A DNA stretch of 64,000 bases from Eledone cirrhosa (taxonomy: Eukaryota). The notes beneath the pieces were generated by a model, which searched no databases, was not told the origin of the DNA, and saw nothing but the letters and a program-made list of their open reading frames with translations. Of the stretch, positions 35,601 through 49,021 are shown in pieces. Position numbers and translations under genes: made by a program. Every line of letters starts with the position of its first letter. Position 1 is the stretch's first letter. Location of the stretch: assembly GCA_964016885.1 (NCBI GenBank), contig OZ024743.1:99324001-99388000 (forward strand), given 5' to 3'.

Positions 35601-37813
35601 TATTCTTTATTATGGCTCAGTGATTGTTACTCTGGAGTTTCACCTGTACACTGACAGGATCATCAGATAAGACATGTCCAGTCTACCATATATATAGGGT
35701 ATGGTGCATATGAAGTGCGATATTGTATAGTTACGAGACAAGGATATAGAATGCAGGAGAAGTGCAAACACAAGAAAGAAATGAACTCAGCAAGGAGGTT
35801 CCATGGTAGATATTATACACACCATGGGCTTCTTTTTGAGGCAAAGTTATACAGCTGGATACCCTTCCAGCTACCAACCCTGTTAGTTGCCTTTTATGAC
35901 AAGCTAAATACATACAGTGAACATAAATTCATATCATCCTCAGCATCATTTCAATACTGGTATGGATTGGACAGATCCTCATAGTCCAAGACAAGATCAG
36001 ATAACCATATTTTGCTCAAACATATTTTGGCAAAGTCTCTATGACTCAATGTCCTTCATAATACTAACCACTTTACAGTGTATACTGGCTATATTTTATC
36101 ATGGAACCAGCAATATATATTGTTTTTAATTTTTTTATCATGCACCAAATTATGCAGAATGCACAACTGCATAGCCAACCTTGTTTGACCAATAGTACTG
36201 ACATGTGGATTGAAAGGAATAATACACAGTTAAATACACCAATGCATATAATTACAATAGTGTTCATCAGCCCAGACTGGATAAGGAAAGGCTTTGTTTT
36301 AAATATTTGTATGATTTTTCAAACATTAAGTATACACTCAAGATATTTAGTATGCCAAAGATGATATGCATTTTAACCTTTTCAAAATCAAACCACCTGA
36401 AACTACCCCTGTTCATATTTAAATTTAAATCCTCTATCATTTTATCTAAGAAAATATTAAGTAATGATTCGAATATCAGCCTAATAATGGGAAAGTTAGT
36501 TATTTTACTAAATCCCTCCAAATTCTTGATTATCTTTGAAATCATAGGCAGTATTCTTAGAAATGTGGTAACAAAACGGTTTAATATTTGTATGATATTT
36601 TAAAAAATAAATGAACTCTCAAGATTTCAAGTATGCTGAAAACCACCATTGCCAGTGTCATCATCATCATTTCATGTGTGCTTTCCATACTTGATATTCT
36701 AGTGGAATATTTTAGCTGTGAAAATCTTTCATCAAGGATCTGCCTATTGGAACTGAGCTGGAGCTAAACACACAGCAGCAGATAAACTGTCAGAGATGTA
36801 GGAACCTTGTTTAACATGCCTATCCAAAATTTATGCTTGGGGATAAAGTTTGCAAGCAGAATGATTGATATCCAGCTCATCTTGCACAATAAGAATAAAT
36901 AAAATATTTTTTCTTGCTAGGAAACTGATTTGCTTTTGATACATAAATATACATAAATATAATAAAAACCAACTCTAAAAAAAGTCATCTAAAAGCAAGC
37001 AATTTTAGCTATGTATAATATATAGATGCAACTACAATATATTTGGTGGAATATTTTTTGTTTGTAGATGAATAAGTTTTGGGGGAGCTTTTTATGTGTA
37101 AAATACATAAGATAGTTTATCAATTTTAGATTAAACTGCCTCGGGCAACATTCCATTTATTCTCAGTTGCATATTTTCATTTTTATTTTTATTTTCAACT
37201 GGAGATGTTTAATTTTCTCAATTTCATCTATTATTTATCTGTAATATTGATCTGAATATTACAGTTGTTCAAGCCTGTTGCTGAAATTCATCAGAGGTCT
37301 CACTCTTTCATACTATATCCAATGAATAAATTCTAAAAATGCGATATTTTGTTTTCGTTTAGTAAATTCTTTTATATTTATTACTCAATATTTTTTCATT
37401 TTGTTTTTATTTAATACTTTTTATATTTACTCCAAATTATTTTTGTTTTGTCTTAATTTTATGCCTTTTATTATTATCATGATTTTATTATATTTATTTA
37501 TCATTTTTTGTTTTCCTTTTAGTCATTTATTTTTTTATTTTTTTTTTATTTGATTTGATTTGATTTGTTTTATGCTTGAGATTGCGCTAATTATTTCTAC
37601 CTACACCCCAGAATCATTGAAGATGCAAAAAAAACAAAAACAAAAGAAAAAAACAAACAAAGGAAATAAACTCCAGATCTGATGTAAAAGTGTTTCAGTG
37701 TGCACCATTATCACGACAGAGCTGAAGTATGGTGTGGAGAGACAATTCTATAAATTTGTATAATTTCATTCAATGAAATGTTTTTGCTGTATTTTCTTTC
37801 ATTTAACTTTCTT

Positions 37814-37854
<41 letters not shown>

Positions 37855-37857
<3 letters not shown>

Positions 37858-38530
37858 TCATCATTTTATTTTACGTCCGCTTTTTCCCTGCTTGCAAGGG
37901 TGGAACGGGAACTGATTCTGGCTTGATTTCTACAGCTGGATGCCCTTCCTAACACCAACCTCGTTTACAGTGAGTGCTGGGTGCTTTTTTGCCATGGAAT
38001 GATATAGACCCTAGCCCCTATCATCTCATTTCTACAGCTGAGTAAACTGGAGCAATGTGAAATAAAGTGTCTAGCTCAAGGAAACAACACATCACCTGGT
38101 CTGAGAATTGAACTCACAACCTTTCGATTGCAAGGCCAATGCCCTAAAAACTAAGCCATGTGCTTCCATATATATATAACCTCCATATATATATAACCAC
38201 TAAGCCATGTGCCTCCATATATATATATCGAAAGGTTGTGAGTTCAATTCTCAGACCGGGTGATGTGTTGTTTCCTTGAGCAAGACACTTTATTTCACAT
38301 TGCTCCAGTTTACTCAGCTGTAGAAATGAGATGATAGGGACTGGGTCCCTATCATTCCACTGCAAAGTTGTCGTGGAGGTGCCACAGCAAAAAAGCACCC
38401 AGCACTCACTGTAAATGAGGTTGGTGTTAGGAAGGGCATCCAGCTGTAGAAATCAAGCCAGAATCAGTTCCCGTCCCACCCTTGCAAGCAGGAAAAAGTG
38501 GACGTAAAATGAAATGGAATGGAAATGGAA
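37855..38530. mobile_element. Two SINE family 1 copies head-to-head
   Basis: A minus copy at 37855-38167, an inverted 22-bp head at 38196-38216, and a plus copy at 38228-38530. Confidence 0.9.
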
Positions 38531-38960
38531 TATATATATATTTATTAAAATAACAGATTAAAGTTTAAGCAAAGAATCGCTGCTTTCACCCTTAACGGGA
38601 TCTTCTGAAACTAAAAAAGTCAATCTGTGAACGCAGAAGTAAATATTTCAAAAAACGTTGCAGCCGAAGGAAGACAGGAAGACGATACTTGGGTTCGTGG
38701 AAACGTTCCCTGGCAAAGAACGGCTGTTTTCTGTATCAGGAGTTTTAGGTATGTTTTCCTGCTTGGTACGGGTATGTTCTTTGTAGAAATATTCAGATGT
38801 TGTTTCTGCATGATGAATATAAGTCAATAGAGTACTCAACCGAGGGAGCCAAATAGTAATAATAATAATATTTGCTCTACGATTCTTATATATCTGATAT
38901 ATATTTATCCTTATCGAGCCCTCTTTGGATTTTAGTCTTCAAATTTATTATTATTACTAT
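38530..38960 (-). mobile_element. Internally deleted Naiad-type PLE derivative with hammerhead
   Basis: ORF 38620-38811 begins MQKQHLNISTKNIPVPSRKTYLKLLIQKT, resembling the N-terminal SLKDIPLPGKREY of the PLE near 44740. It has an inverted tail at the 5' end, a hammerhead at the 3' end and TA flanks. Confidence 0.7.
38562..38612 (-). ncRNA. Type I hammerhead-like motif (U4A core variant)
   Basis: Minus strand AGTTT-CAGAAGA-TCCCGTTAAGGGT-GAAA-GCA(loop)TGC-TT-AAACT. Confidence 0.7.
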
Positions 38961-39444
38961 ATATATATATATATAATTGTTTCTACTTTTACTGGTACTT
39001 TATTTTATCGACCCCGTAAGGATGAAAGGCAAAGTTAACCTCGGCGGGATTTGAACTCAGAATGGCAAGGGCCGTAACTCTATACGTCAAAGCATGGCGT
39101 CCGACCCTCTCCCGATACTGCCAATTCACCGCCCTTATATATATATATATTATATATATATAATAATGGTTTCTTATATAGGCACAGGGCCAACGATTTT
39201 GGGGGAGTGGTAAGTTGATTAAATCGACCCCAGTGTGTGACTGGTATTTTATTTTATCGACCCCGTAAGGATGAAAGGCAAAGTTAACCTCGGCGAGATT
39301 TGAACCCAGATCATGAAGGGCCGTAACTCTATGCTGCAAAGCATGTTGTCCGACGCCCAACCAATCGGCAGCATTGGTTGGGCGTTGGACAACATTCTTT
39401 GCAACATAGTCTAAGTGGGTCCAAATTCTTCAAGGACATGTGGA

Positions 39445-39800
39445 AGCATTGAGGAATTCTGTTGGGAAATTGCCAGCTTCCAACTGTTCCACCACAGTGT
39501 CGCCAGATCGATAAAGTTTTGAAACTCCTGGAATTCTTTTTAACAACTTTTGTTTTATCAATTTCACTCTCACATTTTTGGGGGCCAATATAACCTTTTC
39601 ACTGAGTCACTTGTGAACAGATCCACAATATTAAGGAACAGTTTTACTGAGATCAGGTATGGATTCTACCTATCAAGCCTATGGGACTTATATCAATAGC
39701 TCTCTTGTTATATACAGAAAGTCTTTCATCCCCTAGCATTAAAAGATTTTGTGCCCTACCTGTTCGTCTTCACCAAGATATGCCCTCATGTTTGAAAACT
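39445..39800 (-). mobile_element. Degenerate Helitron PIF1-type helicase fragment
   Basis: The minus strand, read across stops and frameshifts, gives ILAPKN..KLLKRIPGVSKLYRSGDTVVEQLEAGNFPTEFLN, matching the Helitron AILAPKN...YPTEFLN region. Confidence 0.7.
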
Positions 39801-40483
39801 TTGATTGAACTCTAAAGTATTGAATTTATCAAACACGCTCGGAGTTCATCAATTCTTGTAGCCCATCGTTGCTGGGCAATTTTCACCCAGGAATGCCTTT
39901 CCCTTTTTTAATTCCATGTCAGACCATGTCTCCTTTGTGCTTCATGTCCCATTACTTATTCTCCGTGGACCATCCCTAAGGTGGTTTTAATGAAACGTGG
40001 ACTGAAACAACACAAAATAAAGTGTCTTGCTCAAGAACACAACAAGCTGCTGGGAGTATAACTCAAAACCTTACGATCATGAGCCAAATACCCTAACCAA
40101 TAAGTCATACTGTGATGAAAAGTCAAACACACATTAACAATATGAAATTGAAAGATGGACAGAAGAAAAGAGCATTTCGATAGACGATGAAGAAAACATT
40201 CCCTAATCTGATTGGCTATCTGTCACCTTTTCACTTCAAGCATTAATGGATATTTTTTTTAATAGAAATTATGGCAGCTTCGAAAGACGTTCCATTTTGG
40301 AAATCTTGAAGTTGAGTTATTTCTCTTAGCGAATTATTTTTTTCTCATCTACTAATAACCAAAAACATTTCTCTTGGGATGCAGATGTTGAAAATCAAAT
40401 CTGTTTTTCTCTAGGCCACACCATTTAGGAGCCTTTCGGATTGCATACATATATACATAGACACATACACTTTCAAATATATA

Positions 40484-40519
<36 letters not shown>

Positions 40520-40604
40520 GTGTGTATAATGGCAACTATGGTGCTTCCATAGGTGGTATGCCAAAATTAGCAATCAATCTTCATACAGAGCAGAGTATGA
40601 ATAG

Positions 40605-40947
40605 TATAAAAAAAACGAAAAGTCAGTGATGCATCTGGACTTAGTTTATTGCGTGTTACAATTGTTTCGCCGGCAGGTAGCTCGAGACATGATCACTGTA
40701 TGGATCTGGCTGATTCTACGGCTGCAGGTTCCTTCGGACACGGGCAGTTCGTTCGGAGCAAATTTTCTCAGAGAAAATTTGTGAGGAAATTTCCTCCGAA
40801 CGAACTGCCCGTGTCCGAAGGAACCTGCAGCCGTAGAATCAGCCAGATCCATACAGTGATCATGTCTTGAGCTACCTGCCGGCGAAACAATTGTAACACG
40901 CAATAAACTAAGTCCAGATGCATCACTGACTTTTCGTTTTTTTTATA
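40605..40947. repeat. Near-perfect ~340-bp palindrome, probable inverted PLE pseudo-LTR
   Basis: Arms 40605-40770 and 40782-40947 with an 11-bp spacer. Each arm has GAAA-CAATTG-TA-ACACG followed by AATAAA. It abuts (TA)n and the 3' end of the large PLE. Confidence 0.85.
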
Positions 40948-41000
40948 TATATATAGTGACGAAACATAAGTCAATTGCATGAACTCATAATCCTTTATTT

Positions 41001-41056
41001 ACTGCTATATATATTTCGATGATAGTCATTGAATGGCTATGACCTCATCAGGCAGT
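41001..41056 (-). ncRNA. Minimal type I hammerhead ribozyme of the PLE pseudo-LTR
   Basis: Minus strand ACTGC-CTGATGA-stem II (GGTCATAGCCAT/ATGACTATCATC, imperfect)-GAAA-TATATA-TA-GCAGT. Confidence 0.85.
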
Positions 41057-42136
41057 TAGTCAGTTCTTAGATATGCCAGCTCTGTGTTTATAGTGTTGAT
41101 GGTATCAGAGCCTTGGGACATATGAGCTTGTTAGGAATAATTTAATGTTGTCAGCAGGAATAGTCTTGATTCTCATTGGTCAGTTTGTAGATGGTGGTAG
41201 GGTTGGTATTTGTGTAATGTTCAAACCTTCAGGCAAGATGACAATAGTTCCATATGACTGATTTTCACAAAAGGCATTCCTGGTCAGATATATATTCAAA
41301 TAAGGTTAATAGTATGAAATAGATACTACAGGTCATTCTTAAATTGAGGAATTTATGTGGAGTGGTGCTACTGAAAATTATGGTTGGAGTGGAAAATTTA
41401 TAAATAAAAAGACTTATGTAGGTTGGCTTGCACTACACTCACACCCACCTCCACAGACACACACACACATCCACACATACAAAATGTGGGGTGGTAATAC
41501 TTAATATAATGGTTAGAGTCCAATACTTAGATAGTTTAGAAAATTTAGAAATAAAAGGTTTATGCTGGTTGACTTGTACATACACACTCACAGCTACCCC
41601 CCTCAAACACTCACACATCTACACACACAAATCCATACAGGTGTGTGTATATATATATATGTATGCATGGATATATGCACAAGCATACATATATATATAT
41701 ATAAAATATATATATATACACAGAACATACATATATATAAAATATATACATACAAAAATATAAAAAATATTTATATACATAAAATACACACACACACAAT
41801 ATATACACACATAAAACATACATACATATATACATAAAATACACATACACATATATATAAAATATATACACACATATACATACATATATATAAAATACAC
41901 ATATATACACATATAAAATACATATATATACACACGATATACACATACATATATATATAAAATCAAGTTCAATAAAACGTTGTTTAGATGACTCCTAACC
42001 AGTAGAGGATCCGGTGGACCATCCACCATAGGGACCACAAACCATGGGTGGTTGTTGTTGTCGATTGGTCATTGGTACGGGGTGTAGGGGACCTACGGGG
42101 GGGGGGGGGGGGCTCGGGGGAGGCCGTAACCGGGGT

Positions 42137-44760
42137 TTATCCATATAGCTTGAGGAAAGTTCCCGTCCTTAGGTGTCTGCAGGCATCGAATAAGTGGGCC
42201 CTTCTGTTTAATAGCTTGGTTCCGCCATGAAGAATCTCGGGTGTCTCACTAAGACAGAGGTTGCAAATACCAGACCCTCTTCTGTCTGGGGGAATCTTTC
42301 TAACCACGGACCAGACCAGAGAGTGTGGGGTCTTTTCAAGTTTGAGCTTCCAGATCAATTCAGAAAGGGCCGTACATTTCCTCTTATCTATTCTGTTAAA
42401 GGAATGGCGATGGTTATACCACCGACCTTTGAAGCTCGTCGCTGTGGATCCTATGTAGTGGTGCTCCAAGTTAGGGGTTGTGACCTTGCACCTGTAGACC
42501 ACGTTTTTCATCATGCATTCATTACTAAGGGGGCATAGTGATGGGTCTCTGCAATTACATGACTTCTTAAGCCCCACCACATGTACCGCGTGGTTACCAT
42601 CACTCGGGGTTGGCTGGGTAGCCTCCGCAATCAGCACTGGGTCGTTGGGTTCCGGTGTGCTAGTTGGGCCTGTCCGGGTTCCGATGCGTCCCGTGTGCTG
42701 GTTCTGTTGGGTGGCTCCAGGGTTAACGGTGGTATTAGAGGCAGTGAGCCTATTCCTATTTATGCCAGCTATGTGCTGGGCTACGGAGCGTGTGGTTGAG
42801 TAGGAAAGTTTCACCGTGTGCCTGTTGAATATTTTATGGTACTTATGGGCCCTAGGGAAACATTTATCCAGTACTCTAAAGAATGTTCTAGCCAGGCTGG
42901 TATGTAGACCCACCGAGTACGGAGGGTTATACCATGTGACCTTCCTGGTCCTATTCTTGTGGGGTTGTTGGGTGTCCGCCGTGGGCCATCGTGTGGTTGT
43001 GCACAGCTCAGGTGGAGCTCGGTTGGTGTCACTCGGGTGTGCGGAGCGGTTGCTATCATGAGGGTTATATAGGCCCACCGTGGGGCTATAAACCTGCGAG
43101 GTGCGGCCTCCCTGCTCAATTAGGATTCGGCGGGTGGTGGGGCCGGTGCAGGGGTGCCTATGCTCCGCAGCACAGTGGTCTTCAGCATTGTAAGTATTAG
43201 ACCGGTGGGGTATGCGGGACCTTCTACCGGAGGTGGGGACGGATAGGGGTCTGAGAGTGTTACTACTGGTCACCGAGGTATTAGGTGGACGACTCAGGAC
43301 CCTGAGGGTATTGGTCCGGGGTACCCTTGGGTCATCTCGATCATGTCCCTTAGGGATATAGCTGATCCTATGGCTGTGCAACGCCTTGGCTATAGCTGAG
43401 TTATAGTAATCAGCGTTACTATTGAAGATCTCCTTATTGGCCGACAAGTTAGAGATCCTGTCAGAGACACTCTTAACTACGGCCTTAACTATAGATCTAG
43501 GGTGATTAGACCCAGCGTTGATATACACCAGCTTCTCATTGGGTTTATGATATGGGTGGTGTAGCTTGGTGTTGAGGTTGAGGGTGGTGTCCTGGAAATT
43601 CACTACTTTTCTATTGGGTTCCATCTCTACCTTAAGTCCTACCTTGCTAAAGAAGTGCCTAATTCTCCTCTTCATATTTTCGACCATTGTGGTGCTGTGG
43701 TCCACTACGGTGAAGAGTGCGTTGTCTCGGTAGAGCCCACCACACAGGTTGGGTATTTCTCTCCTGATCTCGTAGAGTATGTATATCCCAACCAAGTCCG
43801 TTAGCTGCGTGGAGTCACTGGAGCCCATTGTAATGTCAAAATTATTTGGCCAGTCACTCCAGGTCCATATGTCCCCACCGAATCGGATCAGGGTCTTTCT
43901 GGCGGTGTGTATGATTCGGACCTCGTCGCGTGTTAGGTCTGTCCTATTCATCGCGAATATGAGTGCCTTGTTCAGGACTATGGGCGAGATAGAGGAGTAG
44001 TAATTATTGATGTCTAGTTGTATGAAGCTATACCTATGTTTTTCAGGTAAAAATGTAAACCAGTCCAGCACCTGGCTGGTGCAGGACCAGAGTTGTAACC
44101 TTATTTTACTCTTAAGTGTGGGCAGGATTCTATCTAAAATGCTTTTGCTAATAACCCCCATGTCTGACCGGGAGGAGGCTATCAGTGTGACCGGCAGGTT
44201 AGAATCGAAGTTTGGTTTGTGGTCCTTAATGGTAATCCTCGGCACCCTTGGTTGGTATGGGGCCGTCCTATCATCTATACCAAGACTAGATATGATCTCA
44301 TATCCTCCAGGGTGGCCTCGGGCGTTTTTTTATAGCTTCTTCTTAATTCCCTGAGGATTAGCTCATGGTAAAGTTGAACGTCCATGCTGTAAAGGTTGTT
44401 GGTTTTGTCGGCATGGACGAGTATTCCTGTAGATTCCTTAAGCTCGGTAATTCCATTTTCCAGTCGTCTAAGGTACTCTCGACCCCGGTATGGTTGGTCG
44501 GAAAATTTGATGTTGGAAATGATGCCAATCATTTCGTTCTCAAACTCTTCCAATAGTCTGTTGTGGGGAGGGTTTCTTCTTGATCTGAAGAGGCACTCCA
44601 TGGTTTTTTGGTTATTAATATTGGGGTTTCCTCTATCAAAGTGGTAAGCCCTCCACCTCATCCTGTGTATTAGGGAGTCAGTACTCTTAGTGAGATTCCT
44701 TGTGTATTCTCTTTTACCCGGTAATGGGATGTCCTTCAGTGATCCCAGAGTGGTGAGTTT
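42137..44760 (-). pseudogene. PLE ORF: N-terminal domain, RT, linker and GIY-YIG endonuclease; frameshifted
   Basis: Motifs SLKDIPLP..RMRWRAYHF, ADKTNNLY, ITIKDHKPNF, QLDINNYY, FDITMGS, GGLYRDN (catalytic D changed to N), WYNPPYS, CNCR..CPL, VVYRC..YIGST, RWYNH, CNLCLSE and CRH. There is a deletion or frameshift near 44300 and no clear ATG. Confidence 0.88.
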
Positions 44761-44959
44761 ATTTATATTGGCTGCGGTCTGCTACTATCTGAAGCGCTCA
44801 ACAAGGTGTGGAGCATGGGGTAAGCAAGAAAGTAAGTGTTGGTAAAATCCAGTACTTCAGTATGCGGATAGGGAGCACTCAACGAAGATATAAGTTCTGG
44901 AGTTATAATAGTGACGAAACATAAGTCAATTGCATGAACTCATAATCCTTTATTTACTG

Positions 44960-45062
<103 letters not shown>

Positions 45063-45875
45063 TACTCATATATAAACCAAGGAATATGTGACAAAAAAAT
45101 TGATGGTAAAATGAAGGTTGACTTATAATTGAGGACAATATTTTGCAGATTTTCACCAGCTTCAAATTTTACATGAATAAGGTGCTAAAATATCTGGAGT
45201 GATTATTTTACATTGAAACACTGTTTTCCTACATTTACTACATCATCATGATTGTTACTTAGGAATTTTCTTGAGAACATTCCCATCAAAATTTTATAAT
45301 TTGAACTTTTTGATACATAAATATCCTCTAAATATATACACATACATGTGAACACATGCACGTACACACACGCATGCATACACACACACATGCATACACA
45401 CACACATGCATGCACACATGCAGACTCACACATACATGCTCGCCCATGTGTGCTAACTGTTTTTCTCTGAGACTTTATTATATTTTTCTTACTTCTGACT
45501 TGTATTTTATTGCTCTTCTCTCCCTACTTTACTATATGTATGATACACCTATCTTACTTTAGAGGTGAAATTTGTTGTTCCTATTGTTTTTTATGGGTTT
45601 AGAATTAATATGGCCTTCAACAGATAAAATGGTAAAACATCATTATGTAATGGAGAAGTGAAACAGAAACTATACTCTAAATGGCACAAGGAATTTTAAA
45701 TATCAAAATATTAAAAGGAATGAATATATTTCCACTCATGAGAATTTAAAACCACTCCATCTAAACATAATGTATTGATTAGTTGCCTCAACTTATACGT
45801 GAGGTTTCGCTTTCTGCCCATTTCTCAATTTCTCAGACATAAAATAGGGGTCAACTTATATTCAAGTATATATAC

Positions 45876-46018
<143 letters not shown>

Positions 46019-46044
46019 CGGCGATATATATATATATAGAGAGA

Positions 46045-46385
46045 GAGGCACATGGCTTAGTGGTTAGAGCATTGGGCTTGCAATCGAAAGATTGTGAGTT
46101 CAATTCTCAGACCGGGTGATGTGTTGTTTCCTTGAACAAGACACTTTATTTCACATTGCTCCAGTTTACTCAGCTGTAGAAATGAGATGATAGGGACTGG
46201 GGTCCCTATCATTCCACTGCAAAGTGGTTGTGCAGGTGCCACGGCAAAAAAAAGCACCCAGCCCTCACTGTAAATGAGGTTGGTGTTAGGAAGGGCATCC
46301 AGAATCAAGCCAGAATCAGTTCCCGTCCCACCCTTGCAAGCAGGGAAAAAGCGGACGTAAAATGAAATGAAAATGATGAAATGAT
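46045..46385 (+). mobile_element. SINE family 1, full length
   Basis: Head GAGGCACATGGCTTAGTGGTTAGAGCATTGGGCTTGCAATCGAAAGATTGTGAGTTCAATTCTC (tRNA-like, A and B boxes), then the core and the RTE tail. Confidence 0.92.
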
Positions 46386-46418
<33 letters not shown>

Positions 46419-46424
46419 GGTGTG

Positions 46425-46467
<43 letters not shown>

Positions 46468-46500
46468 TATGTATATATATATATAGATATATATAGATAC

Positions 46501-46553
<53 letters not shown>

Positions 46554-47565
46554 ACATTGATAATTAGAGCCTTTCCCATATTCCTTTCCATCACCTCTAT
46601 GGTACCCTCAATGTCTCAGCTGCAGCATTTGTCAACGGGTTTTTTGCAAGAAGTTCTTGTTGTTATGTGTTCCTTGCTCTCATGTGCATCATTTGGACAG
46701 TACTTCTGGTGTATGAGGAGTTACATTGTCTATAGTTGATATTGTACACTACATACACTCTCATGCACAATTGTTGCTGGGAAAGAAAAGAAGTGTGCAT
46801 ATATCGTTGTATGCAGGTTGGTACTTGTAGAGTTAGGGAAAAACTGAGAGTGACGGCATCTCAGATAGTGTGTAGGCCACATCTCACTTACATACATTCC
46901 CACACTCTCTCATTTTCCCTACAAAGTGCCCCAGATGCATTTTTCTGGCACTAGTCACATCTCTGACTTGACTAAACAGGCTATTTGACCCTTTTTTTTA
47001 GCAAGTTTTCTATGACTGGAAGTTCATCCAATCATTAATAACTTTACACACTGTACTAGGTGCAGTTTATTGTATCTTCAACATTAAAGAGTCTTCCGTG
47101 CCCTTGGTGCAAGAGAAGGAAGAATCCTATCAACCATGGTTTCTACAGCTGGGTGCTCTTCCTATTACCAATAACCTTACATGGTGTATAGAGTGCATAT
47201 TTCATGACACCAGTACTAAGGCATGTTGCCATGGCTCTTTCTGACCTTTTTGAACCCCAAGAAGACACCATACAGACTGCAACAGTAGAACTGAGAGCTA
47301 TGTCAGTAAAAGCATTCCCGACATGCTTCAAAAGGGATTAGCAATTAAACCCCACCAAGTACATATTTTTTCTTCCCACATTAAGGTTGGATATATATAT
47401 ATATGTAACAGATCTTATATATATCAGAGATGGCGAGGCATTATAAGAACAGGCTGTCTTGTTTACTTCTGAGTCAAAAACAAAAAACATAAACATATTT
47501 TTTCTTCTCTGCTTTTTCCTTAAAGTTTACCTTCCTTCCATTGGTATACATCTATTACGCAATTT

Positions 47566-47623
47566 ACATCTGAAGATGTCACCAGGTTCTTACGCAACCT
47601 GGCCACTGAAATGTGCATAGTGT
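47566..47623 (+). ncRNA. Minimal type I hammerhead motif in a TA-flanked short repeat (about 47405-47695)
   Basis: ACAT-CTGAAGA-stem II (CCAGGTT/AACCTGG)-GAAA-TGTGCA-TA-GTGT, then AATAAA at about 47631. Confidence 0.78.
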
Positions 47624-49021
47624 TTGTAGAAATAAATATTTAAGGAAATTCAACATCTTTGGCCTCCTGTAATTTCCCTTTAATTTCACAAAGTGAGAGA
47701 AAGAGAGGGCGAGAGAGAGACATATATATGTGTGTATATATACATATACATAAACACATATATTTGTGTGTCTATGCATATATATATATATATATGTGTG
47801 TGTGCATGTATATGTGTGTATATATATATCTTTTAAAACAGAAGAAACATCATTTAAGAATCTGTTACAAATATTGGTTTTGTAGGAATTGATTTTTATC
47901 ACAAATTTTTTTTTCCACATTTGATTAAATGAATTTAGGTATTCTGTTTGAGTCTCTGAAATGGTTAAACTAACATTTAATAGCTGAATAGCTTTTTGTG
48001 TATATAGTCACTTATTTTCGAAAACTCAAACTTGTAAATTGATTTAGAAAACAATGAACCAGTCTCCTCTCATTTATTGGCTAATTTAGATACAACAAAA
48101 AACACAAGCATTTTACAGCCATTTTCTGTGCAAAGATGAGCCTTGCAGGTCCCATGACAGGCTTGATGACACTAATCATGAAATCCTTCTTCGGGCAACG
48201 TTTACCAGCCAAATACCCCTCTTGGTGCCAACCCTTTTAGTCACTTATGACACATAGGCATACAGTGAACCTCTTCTAAACCAGATACACACAGGTTTAG
48301 CTAATACAAATATTCCAAAATAACTGTTTCTACTTTTGGCACAAGGCCAGCAATTATCCCAGTGTATGACTGGTACTTTATTTTATTGACCATGTAAGGA
48401 TGAAAGGCAGAGTTAACCTCGGCGGGATTTGAACTCAGACTATAAAGGGCCGTAACTCTTTGCTGAAAAGCATGGCATCCAACCCTCTACCGATACTGCC
48501 AATCCACCGCCCTATATACCAAAATAATGAATAGTTACTTGCAGCGGCATACTCGCCAGGTTGACCAATGGCAAGTGAGCCCCAGGGTGCCCACGGTGGC
48601 ATTGCAGAGCCCACAGTAGCATTACAGGGCCCACTGTAGTATTTTAGGGGCCAATGCTTTGCTTTAAAAAAATACCTGAAGTCTAAGAGAAAGGATAATT
48701 AAAAAAAAAATATAAATAAACAATTAAGCAAAGCATTTGGTCAACCAATTCCCCAGGGAATTACTAGAAACCAAAATATATGATAGGGCAAATAGCTAGA
48801 ATCAGTGGTTGTACATTCTACTAAATCTAAAGATTAGTGTATTCATTAATGTATGCAAACATACATATATAGACACATACACACAAGCATATATATATAT
48901 ATAGTAATAATAATAAATGTGAAGACTAAAATCCGAAGAGGGCTCGATAAGGATAATATATATATAAAAACATATAAAAGCCATAGAGCAAATATTTATT
49001 AAAATAACAGATTATAGTTTA

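Noticed and set aside
40646-40903. Mirror-image ORFs MRVTIVSPAGSS on both strands (also 23812/24395)
   Set aside because: They follow from the palindromes and have no recognisable protein motifs.
42137-44760. Active PLE or selenoprotein-coding Naiad
   Set aside because: It has a frameshift near 44300, YRDN instead of YRDD, no clear start codon, and no in-frame TGA at cysteine positions.
46045-46115. tRNA-Cys-like gene (GCA at the anticodon position)
   Set aside because: It is the head of a multi-copy SINE. It runs into the core and RTE tail and lacks a proper acceptor stem.
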